Source: Methanocaldococcus sp. 16A
GTDB lineage: Archaea > AGJL01 > Methanococci > Methanococcales > Methanocaldococcaceae
NCBI GenBank assembly: GCA_049860595.1
Contig: CP187551.1
Strand: one strand, 5' to 3'
DNA length: 64,000 nt
In this document: piece after piece, positions 1 to 9,634 of the stretch
How positions within the stretch are numbered: the stretch's first letter is position 1
Layout of the letters: each line of letters starts with the position of its first letter
Position numbers and translations under genes: made by a program
Notes under the pieces: generated by a model
Database searches by the model: none
What the model was told of the DNA's origin: nothing
What the model saw: the letters and a program-made list of their open reading frames with translations, nothing else

Positions 1-238
1 AAAGGCTGGAGAGTTATAGAGCCACATTGTTTTGGTTATGACAGAAAAGGGAAGTAAAAAATTAAGAGCTTATCAAGTAAGTGGATATAGCGAAAGTGGA
101 AACTCCGAAGGTTGGAAATTATTTAATGTTGAGGATATTAGAGATATAGAAATTCTTAATGAGCAGTTTAACAAACCAAGACCAGGATATAATAGATATG
201 AAGATAGGCACATACCAGATATAATTTGTAAGATTTAA
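1..238 (+). pseudogene. WYL-domain-like small protein, 5'-truncated by the window edge and frameshifted near 43-57
   Basis: Frame 1 reads KGWRVIEPHCFGYDRKGK then TAA (55-57). Frame 2 continues KKLRAYQVSGYSESGNSEGWKLFNVEDI..PRPGYN. Joined, these give the R-x-I-EPH ... LRAYQ ... GWKLF pattern of standalone WYL proteins. Confidence 0.6.
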
Positions 239-251
239 TTGTGCTTGAAAT

Positions 252-941
252 GTGATAAAAATGAATTGGAAAGGACATACAATTTTGGGGCTTATATTTG
301 GATTGCCTTTCATCTCTTCTCCAGAACAGATATTTTTGGCATTAGCTGGGGCTTTATATCCAGATTTAGACCATGATGTTAAAGAAGATATTGTTAAAAG
401 AGGAATTTTAATATCTGGAGGGATTGTTTTTATAAATATATTGCTTTATTTTTTTGATAAAAATTTATTTAATATTGATTTGTTTATTTTGGGAGTTTCA
501 GTTTTTTTGATATATTTGATTCCATATTTTTCAGAGCATAGGACTTTGACTCATACATTTTGGTCTTTGTTATTTGTATCTTTTATTTTAGGTTATTTGG
601 CTTATAAACTTTCATTCTTATCTTCAGTTTTTGCTGGGTTGATATCTTTGTTAATGGTTACTAATGAAATTTTACTTGGTAGAGTGATGATTTTTGCAGT
701 GTTTGCATGGGCTATTTTGGATATTCTAAAATTAAATCCTGGAGTTGATGGAACTTTACATTACATATTGCCAATAATGGCTGGTTATTTATCTCATTTA
801 GTTGGAGATTCAATGACTCCAGCTGGAGTTAGAGCTTTTTATCCAATATCTAACTATAAATTGAGAAAAAAAGAAGGATATATTTTAGTAGCAATATGGC
901 TATTAATAGCAGTATATATTTGGAAAGATGTTATTTTTTAG
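252..941 (+). CDS. Membrane-bound metal-dependent hydrolase (YdjM-like family)
   Basis: MNWKGH start; [15 protein letters not shown] and [16 protein letters not shown] motifs; several hydrophobic segments. Confidence 0.8.
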   Translation: MIKMNWKGHTILGLIFGLPFISSPEQIFLALAGALYPDLDHDVKEDIVKRGILISGGIVFINILLYFFDKNLFNIDLFILGVSVFLIYLIPYFSEHRTLTHTFWSLLFVSFILGYLAYKLSFLSSVFAGLISLLMVTNEILLGRVMIFAVFAWAILDILKLNPGVDGTLHYILPIMAGYLSHLVGDSMTPAGVRAFYPISNYKLRKKEGYILVAIWLLIAVYIWKDVIF

Positions 942-949
942 TTTATGTT

Positions 950-2407
950 TTATCCAATCTCATAGGATAAAAGTGTTTCTTTAACTTTATTTATCTTTTG
1001 CATTTTTTCATTTACTTCTTTTTCATATTTATTCAATCTCTCTTTAAATGCCTTTATCCTCTTCTCGACCTCTTTTGGAGCAGGACCACCTATAACATCC
1101 CTCATTTTAACATTCTCATAAGGGTCTAATGCCTTTCTTATTTTTTCTTCATCAACTTTCAAATTATATTTTTCTAAAACTTCATAGATAACTTCAATCA
1201 TATCCTTTTTTTCATCAATAGCCTTTCTAACAACTTCTCCAACGATGCCATGAGCTGTTCTAAATGGAATCCCTGTCTCTCTAACCAAAGTATCTGCTAA
1301 TTCTGTTGCTGTTGAGTAATTTGCATTAGCTAACTCTCTCATTCTCTCTTTATTTACTTTTATTGTCTTTAACATCCCATGAACCATTTTTATTGTGTCT
1401 ATTGTTGTATAAACACTATCCCATAAATGTGGGCTAACTTCCTGCAAATCTCTATTGTAAGTGTTAGGCAAAGCTTTTAAAATAGTTAGAGCAGTAACTA
1501 AATTTCCATTTAGCTTAGATAGTTTAGCCCTTGCTATCTCTGCCACATCAGGATTCTTCTTTTGAGGCATTATTGAAGATGTTGAGCAGAACTCGTTAGC
1601 AATCTCAACGGTTCCAAATTCGTAGGTTGAGAATAAAACTAATTCTTCACAAATTTTTGATAAATTAGTTCCTAATATTGCTAAATCTGCCATAGTCTCT
1701 AAGATAAAATCTCTCGCTGAAACACCATCCATTGAGTTCTCTATTAAAGTATCAAAGCCAAGAAGTTCATTAGTTCTCTCTCTATTTATCTTAAATCCAG
1801 TAGTAGCCATTGCCCCACAACCTAACGGTGAGATATTAATCCTTTTGTAGGCATCTAACAACCTTAAAATATCCCTTTCAATTGCTGAAACATAACTTAA
1901 TAGATGATGAGCAAAAGTTGTTGGTTGAGCATGTTGTAAATGTGTATATCCAACAGTTAATGTCTCTTTATGCTCTTCAGCTAATTTTAAGATATCTTTT
2001 AGCATCTCAATCAATGATTTGACTATTATCAAAACCTTCTCTCTTAAGGCAATCCTTAAATCTGTTGCTACTTCATCATTTCTACTTCTTCCAGTATGCA
2101 TTCTTCCTGCTACGTCTTCACCAAGTTTTTTAATTAATTCGCTTTCAATAACCATGTGTATATCATCTAAAGATGGGTCTAAGTTTAGATTTTCCATACC
2201 TTTTTTATAAATTTCTTTTAAACCTTCAATAATCTTTTTTGCATCTTCTTTTTTAATAATATTTTGCTCATAAAGCATTATCACATGAGCAATATCACAT
2301 AAAATATCTGCCTCAAATATTTCTTTATCAAAATCTAAACTTGTTGTGTATTTTGCAACATCTTCTTTTATTGAGTTTCCCAACCTTCCTCTTCTTAAAA
2401 TGTTCAT
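950..2407 (-). CDS. argH: Argininosuccinate lyase
   Basis: HTGRSRNDE, GYTHLQHAQP and SSIMPQKKNPD fumarase-superfamily signatures. Confidence 0.97.
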   Translation of the reverse strand: MNILRRGRLGNSIKEDVAKYTTSLDFDKEIFEADILCDIAHVIMLYEQNIIKKEDAKKIIEGLKEIYKKGMENLNLDPSLDDIHMVIESELIKKLGEDVAGRMHTGRSRNDEVATDLRIALREKVLIIVKSLIEMLKDILKLAEEHKETLTVGYTHLQHAQPTTFAHHLLSYVSAIERDILRLLDAYKRINISPLGCGAMATTGFKINRERTNELLGFDTLIENSMDGVSARDFILETMADLAILGTNLSKICEELVLFSTYEFGTVEIANEFCSTSSIMPQKKNPDVAEIARAKLSKLNGNLVTALTILKALPNTYNRDLQEVSPHLWDSVYTTIDTIKMVHGMLKTIKVNKERMRELANANYSTATELADTLVRETGIPFRTAHGIVGEVVRKAIDEKKDMIEVIYEVLEKYNLKVDEEKIRKALDPYENVKMRDVIGGPAPKEVEKRIKAFKERLNKYEKEVNEKMQKINKVKETLLSYEIG

Positions 2408-2504
2408 ATTTTCACCATATTTTAATAATATTATTATTGGTGCTATTTTAGATAATTACAAAATATATAAGTTTTTATATTTACAATTATGAAAAATAAT
2501 AAGG

Positions 2505-2609
2505 ATGTTAGAAGTTATATTTGGAATTTTGACATCTTTAATCTCTGCGGTATATCCTGCATATAAAGCGGCAAATTTAGACCCAATAAAAGCATTAAGA
2601 AATGAATAA
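2505..2609 (+). pseudogene. C-terminal remnant of a FtsX/MacB-type ABC transporter permease
   Basis: Translates MLEVIFGILTSLISAVYPAYKAANLDPIKALRNE*, the characteristic P-A-x-K-A-A-x-L-D-P-I-x-A-L-R-x-E permease tail. An in-frame TGA lies just upstream (2490-2492). Confidence 0.8.
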
Positions 2610-2628
2610 TAAAATTTTTGGTGTAAAC

Positions 2629-3513
2629 ATGGAAAATTTTGAATATGAGCTAAAAATGGCTATAGAGCATATATTAGAAACAAACTATCCAAGAAAGGCG
2701 TTTTGGCACTTTGATGATTTAATTGATGATTTAAAAAGCGGAATTAAAGCTGGAGATGATGCAATAGTTATAAATAACATGGTTGTCAATATGGAAGGCC
2801 CATATCCTTTAAAATTAGGGGCTAAGACAGCTTTAATTCATACAGCATGTGATGTAGTAGCAATGGGGGCTAAGCCAAAATTTGCATTAAATGCTATTCA
2901 AGCAAAAAATGATGAGGAGATAAAATTTGCTGTTGATGGTTTAAGAAAGCAGAGTATAGGTTTAGAGATTCCAATAATTGGAGGAAACACACAAACAGTT
3001 GAAGGTCTAAAATCTTGCATTTCAGTAGCTGTTTTTGGGGAGTTAATTGATGAAAATTTAATAATAAGGGATGGAGGAGCTGAAGAAGGAGATTTATTAA
3101 TTATGCTTGGGGACCCTGTAGAGGGAGATGTTGGAGAGAGAATATATAAAGCAAAGAAAAAATTTGATACATATTTAGAAATCTTAAAGAGAGGAGTAAA
3201 AATAAACGCCTGTAAAGATGCATCAAGGGGAGGATGGTTAGGGAATTTATTAGAGATGTTAATTAAAGCAAAGAAAGGAGCTGAGATAAAATCTCTTCCA
3301 TATCCAAGAGCTACAAGATATTTGGGAACTTATATATTAGCAGCTCCAGAGGAAGAATATAAAAAAGTAGTAGATATTGCATTAAAAAATAAATGTCCTG
3401 TAGTATTGTTTGGTAGAATACTAAAAGAGCCAAAGCTGATTATAGGCACAAAGGAATATATATCTGAAAATAAAATGTTAGAATTAATAAAAAAATTTCC
3501 ATATAAATATTGA
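2629..3513 (+). CDS. AIR synthase (PurM/ThiL/HypE superfamily)-related protein
   Basis: GDDA, CDVVAMGAKP, IIGGNT and CKDASRGG motifs; ATG at 2629 follows a GGTG RBS. Confidence 0.8.
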   Translation: MENFEYELKMAIEHILETNYPRKAFWHFDDLIDDLKSGIKAGDDAIVINNMVVNMEGPYPLKLGAKTALIHTACDVVAMGAKPKFALNAIQAKNDEEIKFAVDGLRKQSIGLEIPIIGGNTQTVEGLKSCISVAVFGELIDENLIIRDGGAEEGDLLIMLGDPVEGDVGERIYKAKKKFDTYLEILKRGVKINACKDASRGGWLGNLLEMLIKAKKGAEIKSLPYPRATRYLGTYILAAPEEEYKKVVDIALKNKCPVVLFGRILKEPKLIIGTKEYISENKMLELIKKFPYKY

Positions 3514-3527
3514 ATTAGGTGTAAGTT

Positions 3528-4766
3528 ATGGTAAAGATTGCTTTATTAACTTGCGGAGCAGAGTGGAGTGGAGTTTATCACGAAATTGAAAAAGCAGCAC
3601 AAAAGGTTGGAGGAGAACTTATTTTCCCTGAAGTTGATTTATCATATATTGATGAAGTTGAAGAGAGATTAGGGTTTAAAGTTGGTTCAGCTAATTTAAA
3701 ATTAATGTTTGCAAGAGCAATGTCTATTATAGAGGGAAATACAGATGCTGAAGCTGTGTTTATAGCTACATGTTTCAGATGTGCTGAAGGAGCTTTGGTT
3801 AGAAATGAAGTAAGAAAGCTAATTCAACAAAACACAAATCTACCAGTTGTTATGTATTCATTTACTGAAAGAACAAAAGCTTCTGAGTTATTAACAAGAA
3901 TGGAAGCTTTAACCACAATTGTTGAAAGAAAATCTTTATTAGCAAGAAAGAAGCAAGAGGGAATAAGTTTAGGTATTGATAGCGGTTCTACAACAACAAA
4001 GGCTGTTGTTATGATAGATGATGAAGTAGCTGGAACAGGATGGATTTATACAAAGGATGTTATTGAATCTGCTAAAGAAGCGGTTAATAATGCTTTAAAA
4101 GAGGCTGGCATATCATTAGACCAAGTTGAAACTATAGGAACTACAGGATATGGAAGATATACCGTTGGAAAATACTTCAACGCTGATTTAATACAAGAAG
4201 AGCTAACGGTTAACTCAAAAGGAGCCGCTTATTTAGCAGATAAACAGGAGGGAGAAGCAACCGTCATAGATATTGGAGGAATGGATAACAAAGCTATCTC
4301 TCTATATGATGCTATCCCAGATGGATTTACAATGGGAGGAATCTGTGCTGGGGCAAGTGGTAGATTCTTTGAGATAACTGCAAGAAGGTTGGGAGTTTCT
4401 CTTCAAGAATTAGGGGAGTTGGCAGCAAAAGGAGATTGGAGAAAGATAAACATGAACAGCTATTGTATAGTCTTTGGTATTCAAGATTTGGTTACTGCCT
4501 TAGCTGAGGGGGCTAAAGCTGAAGATGTAGCAGCTGCAGCTGCTCACTCAGTTGCTGAGCAAGTTTTTGAACAGCAATTGCAAGAGGTTGATGTTAGAGA
4601 CCCAGTTATATTGGTTGGAGGAAGTAGTTTGTTAAAAGGTTTAGTTTTAGCAATGGAAGAGGTTTTAGGAAGGAAGATTATTGTTCCAAGATACTCTCAA
4701 CTAATTGGAGCAGTTGGAGCCGCTTTATTGTCATCAGGATTTAGATACAAGAAGATAAAGGCATAA
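3528..4766 (+). CDS. Methanogenesis marker protein 15 (BadF/BcrA-type ATPase activator family)
   Basis: [25 protein letters not shown] and CAGASGRF motifs; N-terminal LTCG and CFRCAEG. Confidence 0.88.
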   Translation: MVKIALLTCGAEWSGVYHEIEKAAQKVGGELIFPEVDLSYIDEVEERLGFKVGSANLKLMFARAMSIIEGNTDAEAVFIATCFRCAEGALVRNEVRKLIQQNTNLPVVMYSFTERTKASELLTRMEALTTIVERKSLLARKKQEGISLGIDSGSTTTKAVVMIDDEVAGTGWIYTKDVIESAKEAVNNALKEAGISLDQVETIGTTGYGRYTVGKYFNADLIQEELTVNSKGAAYLADKQEGEATVIDIGGMDNKAISLYDAIPDGFTMGGICAGASGRFFEITARRLGVSLQELGELAAKGDWRKINMNSYCIVFGIQDLVTALAEGAKAEDVAAAAAHSVAEQVFEQQLQEVDVRDPVILVGGSSLLKGLVLAMEEVLGRKIIVPRYSQLIGAVGAALLSSGFRYKKIKA

Positions 4767-4821
4767 ATAAATTAGTAATATTTAAATCTTTAAATTTTAA
4801 CTTTTTTAGTGAGGAGAGAAT

Positions 4822-5388
4822 ATGGCTGAGATAGTAGTATATTGTGAAGATAAAGCTGGAAAGGAGATTTATACAAAAGTTATACAAACAGCATTAGAAG
4901 ATTTATTATTAGGAAAATCAATAATTAGAGTAGAATTTATTGCTAAAGAAAAAGAACCATATTTTATATTGGGAGTTCTCCCAAAGCCAACAAGAAAGAT
5001 TATTAAGCTTAGAGATTTTGCTGAAATTGTAGAGCAAAAGAAAGAAAACGATAGAGTAATATACAAATTAAAGATTACTGACGAAACCTATGTTCCACAC
5101 TTATTAAGAAAGATACATGTTATAGACCAACCGTCAAGGTTTGAAATTATTACAGATTCGGATATTGACTTAGATATGGAAGTTTATGATACAAGCAAAG
5201 ATTTTATAGATAAAGTAATGGATTTTATGAATAGAGTGTTTCCAGAGGGTATGAGAATTAGAAACACTTATGTAGGAAAAGCAATAGTTTCTGTAGCTTC
5301 AGAACGCCCAATAAAACCTGAAGAAAATGAAGAAGCTTTAAAATTAAAAGAAAAATTAGAGACAATGAATACTGCTGGCTATTATTAA
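4822..5388 (+). CDS. Methanogenesis marker protein 17
   Basis: Directly follows marker 15; RVFPEGMRIR and VASE motifs. Confidence 0.75.
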   Translation: MAEIVVYCEDKAGKEIYTKVIQTALEDLLLGKSIIRVEFIAKEKEPYFILGVLPKPTRKIIKLRDFAEIVEQKKENDRVIYKLKITDETYVPHLLRKIHVIDQPSRFEIITDSDIDLDMEVYDTSKDFIDKVMDFMNRVFPEGMRIRNTYVGKAIVSVASERPIKPEENEEALKLKEKLETMNTAGYY

Positions 5389-5396
5389 GTCAATCT

Positions 5397-6875
5397 TTAT
5401 AATGTAATATTTAAATTCTTTAGAGATTCTTTTGCATATTTTAAACCTTCATTTTCATCTTTTTCAATATATATCTCCACAGTTTTTTTAGCTATTTCTA
5501 AAAGTTTTTTACTATTCTCTCTTGCTTTAAATGATTGTTGGATTAGTTGGGAGATTTTTTGTTGGATTTGGGGTTCAATTAAGGGTATTGGAAGATTTAA
5601 TATGTCTTCATCTGTGAGAGTAGGATAAGTAGTTCCTGTGTAAAATTTATAACTCCACAAAGAAAAAATGTCTGTTCTTAAAAAAACAAACAATGTTTCA
5701 ATATTTATTTTTTTGTTTTCTTTTTCATGTAAAACTACAAATGCTGTGCTTCCAATCAAATTAGGATATGTCTTTTTTATAAGAGCGATACCTTTTCTAT
5801 AGGTTCTAACTTTAGACACTAACAAATCGTTTTTATCCAACTTTAATTTTGCATTTGCTGGTAAATCTTCCCCTCTAAGATAAGATGGGCTAAAATCTCC
5901 AGTTGAAATATTAACTGAACTTATTTCAACATAGTTATAATATTTTTCTTTATCAACTTTTAATTTATCTGTTTTATGCAAAAATTCCTTTGAAATTGTT
6001 GAATATCCATTTTTGTAATTCTTTATCAATTCTTCAATTTCATCATATTTGGGCTCCCAATATTCAGCATCCAGTCTATCTGCTCTTATAACCTCTGAAA
6101 GATTTCTTATTGAAATGTTTTCATCTTCCACAAATTCTATATTGCCTATTTTTATTTTCTTTGTTTTTGGTTTCCAATTTTTAAGTCCTAATTCTTCTAA
6201 TAATATTTCTTCTGCTTGTTTGTAAAGTTGTTCTGCTTTTTGCCTTTCTTCATAAGCTTTTAAGACAAGTTTTTCTATGAATTTTTGAAAAGTGTCAGAA
6301 GGTATTGGAATTTTAAGATTCATAATGTCATCTTCTGAAATCGCAGGATACATTGTAGCAGTTGTTTTTCTAACAAGTAAATCCCTGTAGTATTTTGTTT
6401 TAAAGAGTATAAATAAGTAACAGGGTTTTATACGATTGCTAATTATTTTTAACTTACAAAATCCTGTACTTGCAACTAATGGTTTTTGTTTTACTTCAAA
6501 AATAAAAGCCACTGCGTTTCTATTAGGCCTAACAGTAGAAATTAAAATATCATTTTTTTCAACAATTTTCTTTGCTCTTGATGGAGCTAAATGGGATGGT
6601 AATGTTTCAACTTCAAAGTCTCCTGTAATTAGATCCACATTAGATATTTCAATATAATAAAATTTATCGTATAATTTAGGATTAAAAGTACTGTATTTAT
6701 TTGAAGCTAAATTATATAGAAAATCATGATTTAAATTTTCTATCTTTTCTTGCAACATTATCCAAGAAGGATCATAATATTCAGCATCAAGCCTTAATTC
6801 TCCTTCTAATTCAGAAACATTAACTATGGAATATTCCACATCATAATATTTTCCTTTATGGGTAGCTGTTATCAT
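5397..6875 (-). CDS. Restriction-modification specificity (S) subunit with two TRDs
   Basis: Two RLDAEY repeats; two TRDs ending in YP..EDILNL.IP..Q coiled-coil conserved regions; same operon as the N-6 methylase. Confidence 0.85.
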   Translation of the reverse strand: MITATHKGKYYDVEYSIVNVSELEGELRLDAEYYDPSWIMLQEKIENLNHDFLYNLASNKYSTFNPKLYDKFYYIEISNVDLITGDFEVETLPSHLAPSRAKKIVEKNDILISTVRPNRNAVAFIFEVKQKPLVASTGFCKLKIISNRIKPCYLFILFKTKYYRDLLVRKTTATMYPAISEDDIMNLKIPIPSDTFQKFIEKLVLKAYEERQKAEQLYKQAEEILLEELGLKNWKPKTKKIKIGNIEFVEDENISIRNLSEVIRADRLDAEYWEPKYDEIEELIKNYKNGYSTISKEFLHKTDKLKVDKEKYYNYVEISSVNISTGDFSPSYLRGEDLPANAKLKLDKNDLLVSKVRTYRKGIALIKKTYPNLIGSTAFVVLHEKENKKINIETLFVFLRTDIFSLWSYKFYTGTTYPTLTDEDILNLPIPLIEPQIQQKISQLIQQSFKARENSKKLLEIAKKTVEIYIEKDENEGLKYAKESLKNLNITL

Positions 6876-6878
6876 TTA

Positions 6879-7469
6879 TTACACCTCATCTTTTATAAGT
6901 ATGCTTAAAATATTATAGCAAGCCTTTATTATCTTATGATTTTCATCTGTTGGTTCCATCTCTCCATGAATTAATTGATTTCTAATCATATACAAAATTT
7001 CAACAAAATATGGCCAGATCTCATCAGGATCATTTTTTACATATATTTTTCCTACTTTTATATAACCCCTAGGTTTCCTTTGTAAGTGAAAACTCCTTAT
7101 ATGGATAAACTCTTTAAAGCTAATTTCATCGAGTTTATTTCCATTCATTTGTGGCTTTATAGATTCTGTTTTTAATATTGTTTTACCCCCAAAAATCCCT
7201 CCATCATAGATTCTTATAAGTTCCCCTAAATACAATCTAAACTCTTTCCCATCATCTGAGTTTTCTTCAAATAGTCGTTTAAATTTTCTTCTTAACACAT
7301 TATCTGTTGTTTTAAGATTTTCAATATAGTCTCGGTCTTTTCTTAAATTTTCATTTTGGAACAATCTCTTATATAAGGCATTAAAAGATAACCATAGCTT
7401 TACAAATGCTGAAAAATAATCAATTTCAGCTTTTCTAAACCATTCTAAACTATTAGATTGACGGGGCAT
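6879..7469 (-). CDS. HEPN-like protein (putative RNase toxin)
   Basis: N-terminal FSAFVKLWLSFNALY helix and C-terminal LYMIRNQLIHG (R-x4-H) motif; 196 aa. Confidence 0.65.
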   Translation of the reverse strand: MPRQSNSLEWFRKAEIDYFSAFVKLWLSFNALYKRLFQNENLRKDRDYIENLKTTDNVLRRKFKRLFEENSDDGKEFRLYLGELIRIYDGGIFGGKTILKTESIKPQMNGNKLDEISFKEFIHIRSFHLQRKPRGYIKVGKIYVKNDPDEIWPYFVEILYMIRNQLIHGEMEPTDENHKIIKACYNILSILIKDEV

Positions 7470-7470
7470 T

Positions 7471-9462
7471 TTAATCCACCTCTAAATCCTCTAAAAAGTC
7501 AAAAGCCTCATCCCCATCTTCTAACCTTTTTAATCCCCATTTGATAAAAGCATCTGCTATATCAAATAAATCTGTCTGATAAATAGGATTTCCTTTTTTA
7601 TCTCTTATATAATTCCCGTTTTCATCTTTTACAAAAATATATTCTCCTGAGTTATCTTTAAATGGAATCTTTGAAACAGCAAAAAAGATAGGATAATCTT
7701 TCAATTTTGGATTTCCTCCTTCGTCAAGTTCTTCTTCTTTCCATTTTCTTAAAATTAATAAAGAAGTTTTTACTCCAGCATGTGGTTTAAATGAATTAGG
7801 ATGTAATCCAACTACTGCTAATATTCTTGCTCTTTTCATAATAAATTCTCTAACATATCTTTCTGTAGTATTATTAAAAATCCCTTGAGGTAAAACAATT
7901 GCCAGCCTACCGCCTGGCTTTATCATATCTAAAGCCCTTTCAATAAACAATATGTGTCTTTCAATTTTGCTCTGCTCCTTCTTCTTTTTATTTTCTGGAA
8001 CTATTTTATAATTATTTTTAAACCATGATTCCCTAATTTCCCCCGCAAATGGGGGATTTGATAATAAAATGTCAAAATTAAGTTCTTTAAATTTTTCATC
8101 TCTTACTAAATTTTCTTCTTTTAGATCTGCTTTTAACTTTTCACTCCATTTAACAAACTCCAAAGAATTTTCTTTATAAATATGAGATCTACCATCTCCA
8201 GAAATAAGCATTAAAGCTTTTGCGATTTTAACGGCTTTTTCATCAAAATCTATTCCCCATAAATATTTTCCAGCATATATTATTTTTTCAGCTTCATTTA
8301 AATTATATTTTTCCCAAACATATTGCATTGCATGAATTAAGAATCCAGCACTACCACATGCTGGATCAATAATATATTCATCCTCTCGAGGATTTAACAT
8401 TTTAACTGCAGCATCTATAATTACTCTTGGAGTGAAATATTGACCTTTTTTAGATTTTGAGACTTCTGGAACTAAATATTCAAAAGCATCATCAATTATT
8501 CTTAAATCAGCTCCAAAAAGTTTTAAATTTTGCATTTCTGCAACACAAATATCTAAGTGCTCAGGTTTTAATTTGATTTTATCAGTTTTTTCGAAAATAC
8601 CTGGCCATTGCCTTTTAGCTTTATCAAACAAATCTGATATAACTTTATATGTTGTATTTGGATCTGAATATTTCCTAAATTCAAGAATTTTTCCTTTTCT
8701 TCTTTTGGCTTTATATTCATCGTAAAGTTTTGCATATATTAATTTAAAAACTTCATTAAACACATCTACTCCCGAATTAGCCAAAACTAATTCTTCTAAA
8801 GTTTTTATAATCTCCTTAAAATTTGGTTTTTTTGTTTTATATATCTCCTCTAATTTATCCAAAGTCCATTCTCTTTTTAAAATAATATTGGTTACTTCTA
8901 AAGCTGGATTTTTAGAATCTTTTACTTTTTGATACTCCATATATGTTGGAATATCAGGCAAGTTATCTTCAAATTCTCTTGGATATGGTCTGTATAAAAT
9001 TATTTGTTCTTTTCCATTTATTGCTACACCAATAGGAGAACCTTCCGCATTTAAATAACTTTTTAGCTGAGGAATATTTAATCTTTCATAAGGAGATTTT
9101 ACCTCTACTATAATCCAAGGAGTTATTTTGTCATCTTGATAAACTATTATATCTGCTCTCTTCTTTTCTCTCCCAAAACTGACTTTTTCTTCAATTTTTA
9201 TATTTTCTTTTGGATATTTATAATTATCAATTAATTCATAAAGAAAAAGTTGTCTTACGATTTCTTCAGGTTTTTTCTTATTCTTTGTTTCATCAAACAC
9301 TAATAATTCCTTTTCTTTTGAATCATAACTTTTAATATACCATTTTCCTTTTTCTTTTTCATAAATTTTAATCTTTGGGATATGAGAAACTAATAAAGGA
9401 ACTTCACTTTCAATATTGGGTATTATTTTTAATAGAATATCCATATTTTGTTTTTCATTCAT
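7471..9462 (-). CDS. Fused HsdR_N-type endonuclease / N6-adenine DNA methyltransferase (Type IIB/IIG-like RM subunit)
   Basis: N-terminal PEEIVRQ..RADIIVY..IIVEVK..QLKSY nuclease motif; C-terminal GQYFTPR, DPACGSAGFL and NPPF methylase motifs. Confidence 0.88.
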   Translation of the reverse strand: MNEKQNMDILLKIIPNIESEVPLLVSHIPKIKIYEKEKGKWYIKSYDSKEKELLVFDETKNKKKPEEIVRQLFLYELIDNYKYPKENIKIEEKVSFGREKKRADIIVYQDDKITPWIIVEVKSPYERLNIPQLKSYLNAEGSPIGVAINGKEQIILYRPYPREFEDNLPDIPTYMEYQKVKDSKNPALEVTNIILKREWTLDKLEEIYKTKKPNFKEIIKTLEELVLANSGVDVFNEVFKLIYAKLYDEYKAKRRKGKILEFRKYSDPNTTYKVISDLFDKAKRQWPGIFEKTDKIKLKPEHLDICVAEMQNLKLFGADLRIIDDAFEYLVPEVSKSKKGQYFTPRVIIDAAVKMLNPREDEYIIDPACGSAGFLIHAMQYVWEKYNLNEAEKIIYAGKYLWGIDFDEKAVKIAKALMLISGDGRSHIYKENSLEFVKWSEKLKADLKEENLVRDEKFKELNFDILLSNPPFAGEIRESWFKNNYKIVPENKKKKEQSKIERHILFIERALDMIKPGGRLAIVLPQGIFNNTTERYVREFIMKRARILAVVGLHPNSFKPHAGVKTSLLILRKWKEEELDEGGNPKLKDYPIFFAVSKIPFKDNSGEYIFVKDENGNYIRDKKGNPIYQTDLFDIADAFIKWGLKRLEDGDEAFDFLEDLEVD

Positions 9463-9634
9463 AGATTATCACCATTATTATTAATTTACTCCCGTATTAT
9501 ATCAAAATTCAAACTTAATAAATTATTTATATATGCGGTTTATTATATTATTTCGTATATTTTAAGTAGAATTACAGATATTGTTAAATATTAACTTTTC
9601 TATTAATCTAATATAATCTAAAATTTAATTTTTT

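Noticed and set aside
5397-9462. Classical Type I RM system or integrated element
   Set aside because: No HsdR helicase/translocase in the window, and I found no att-like repeats or integrase flanking the cassette.
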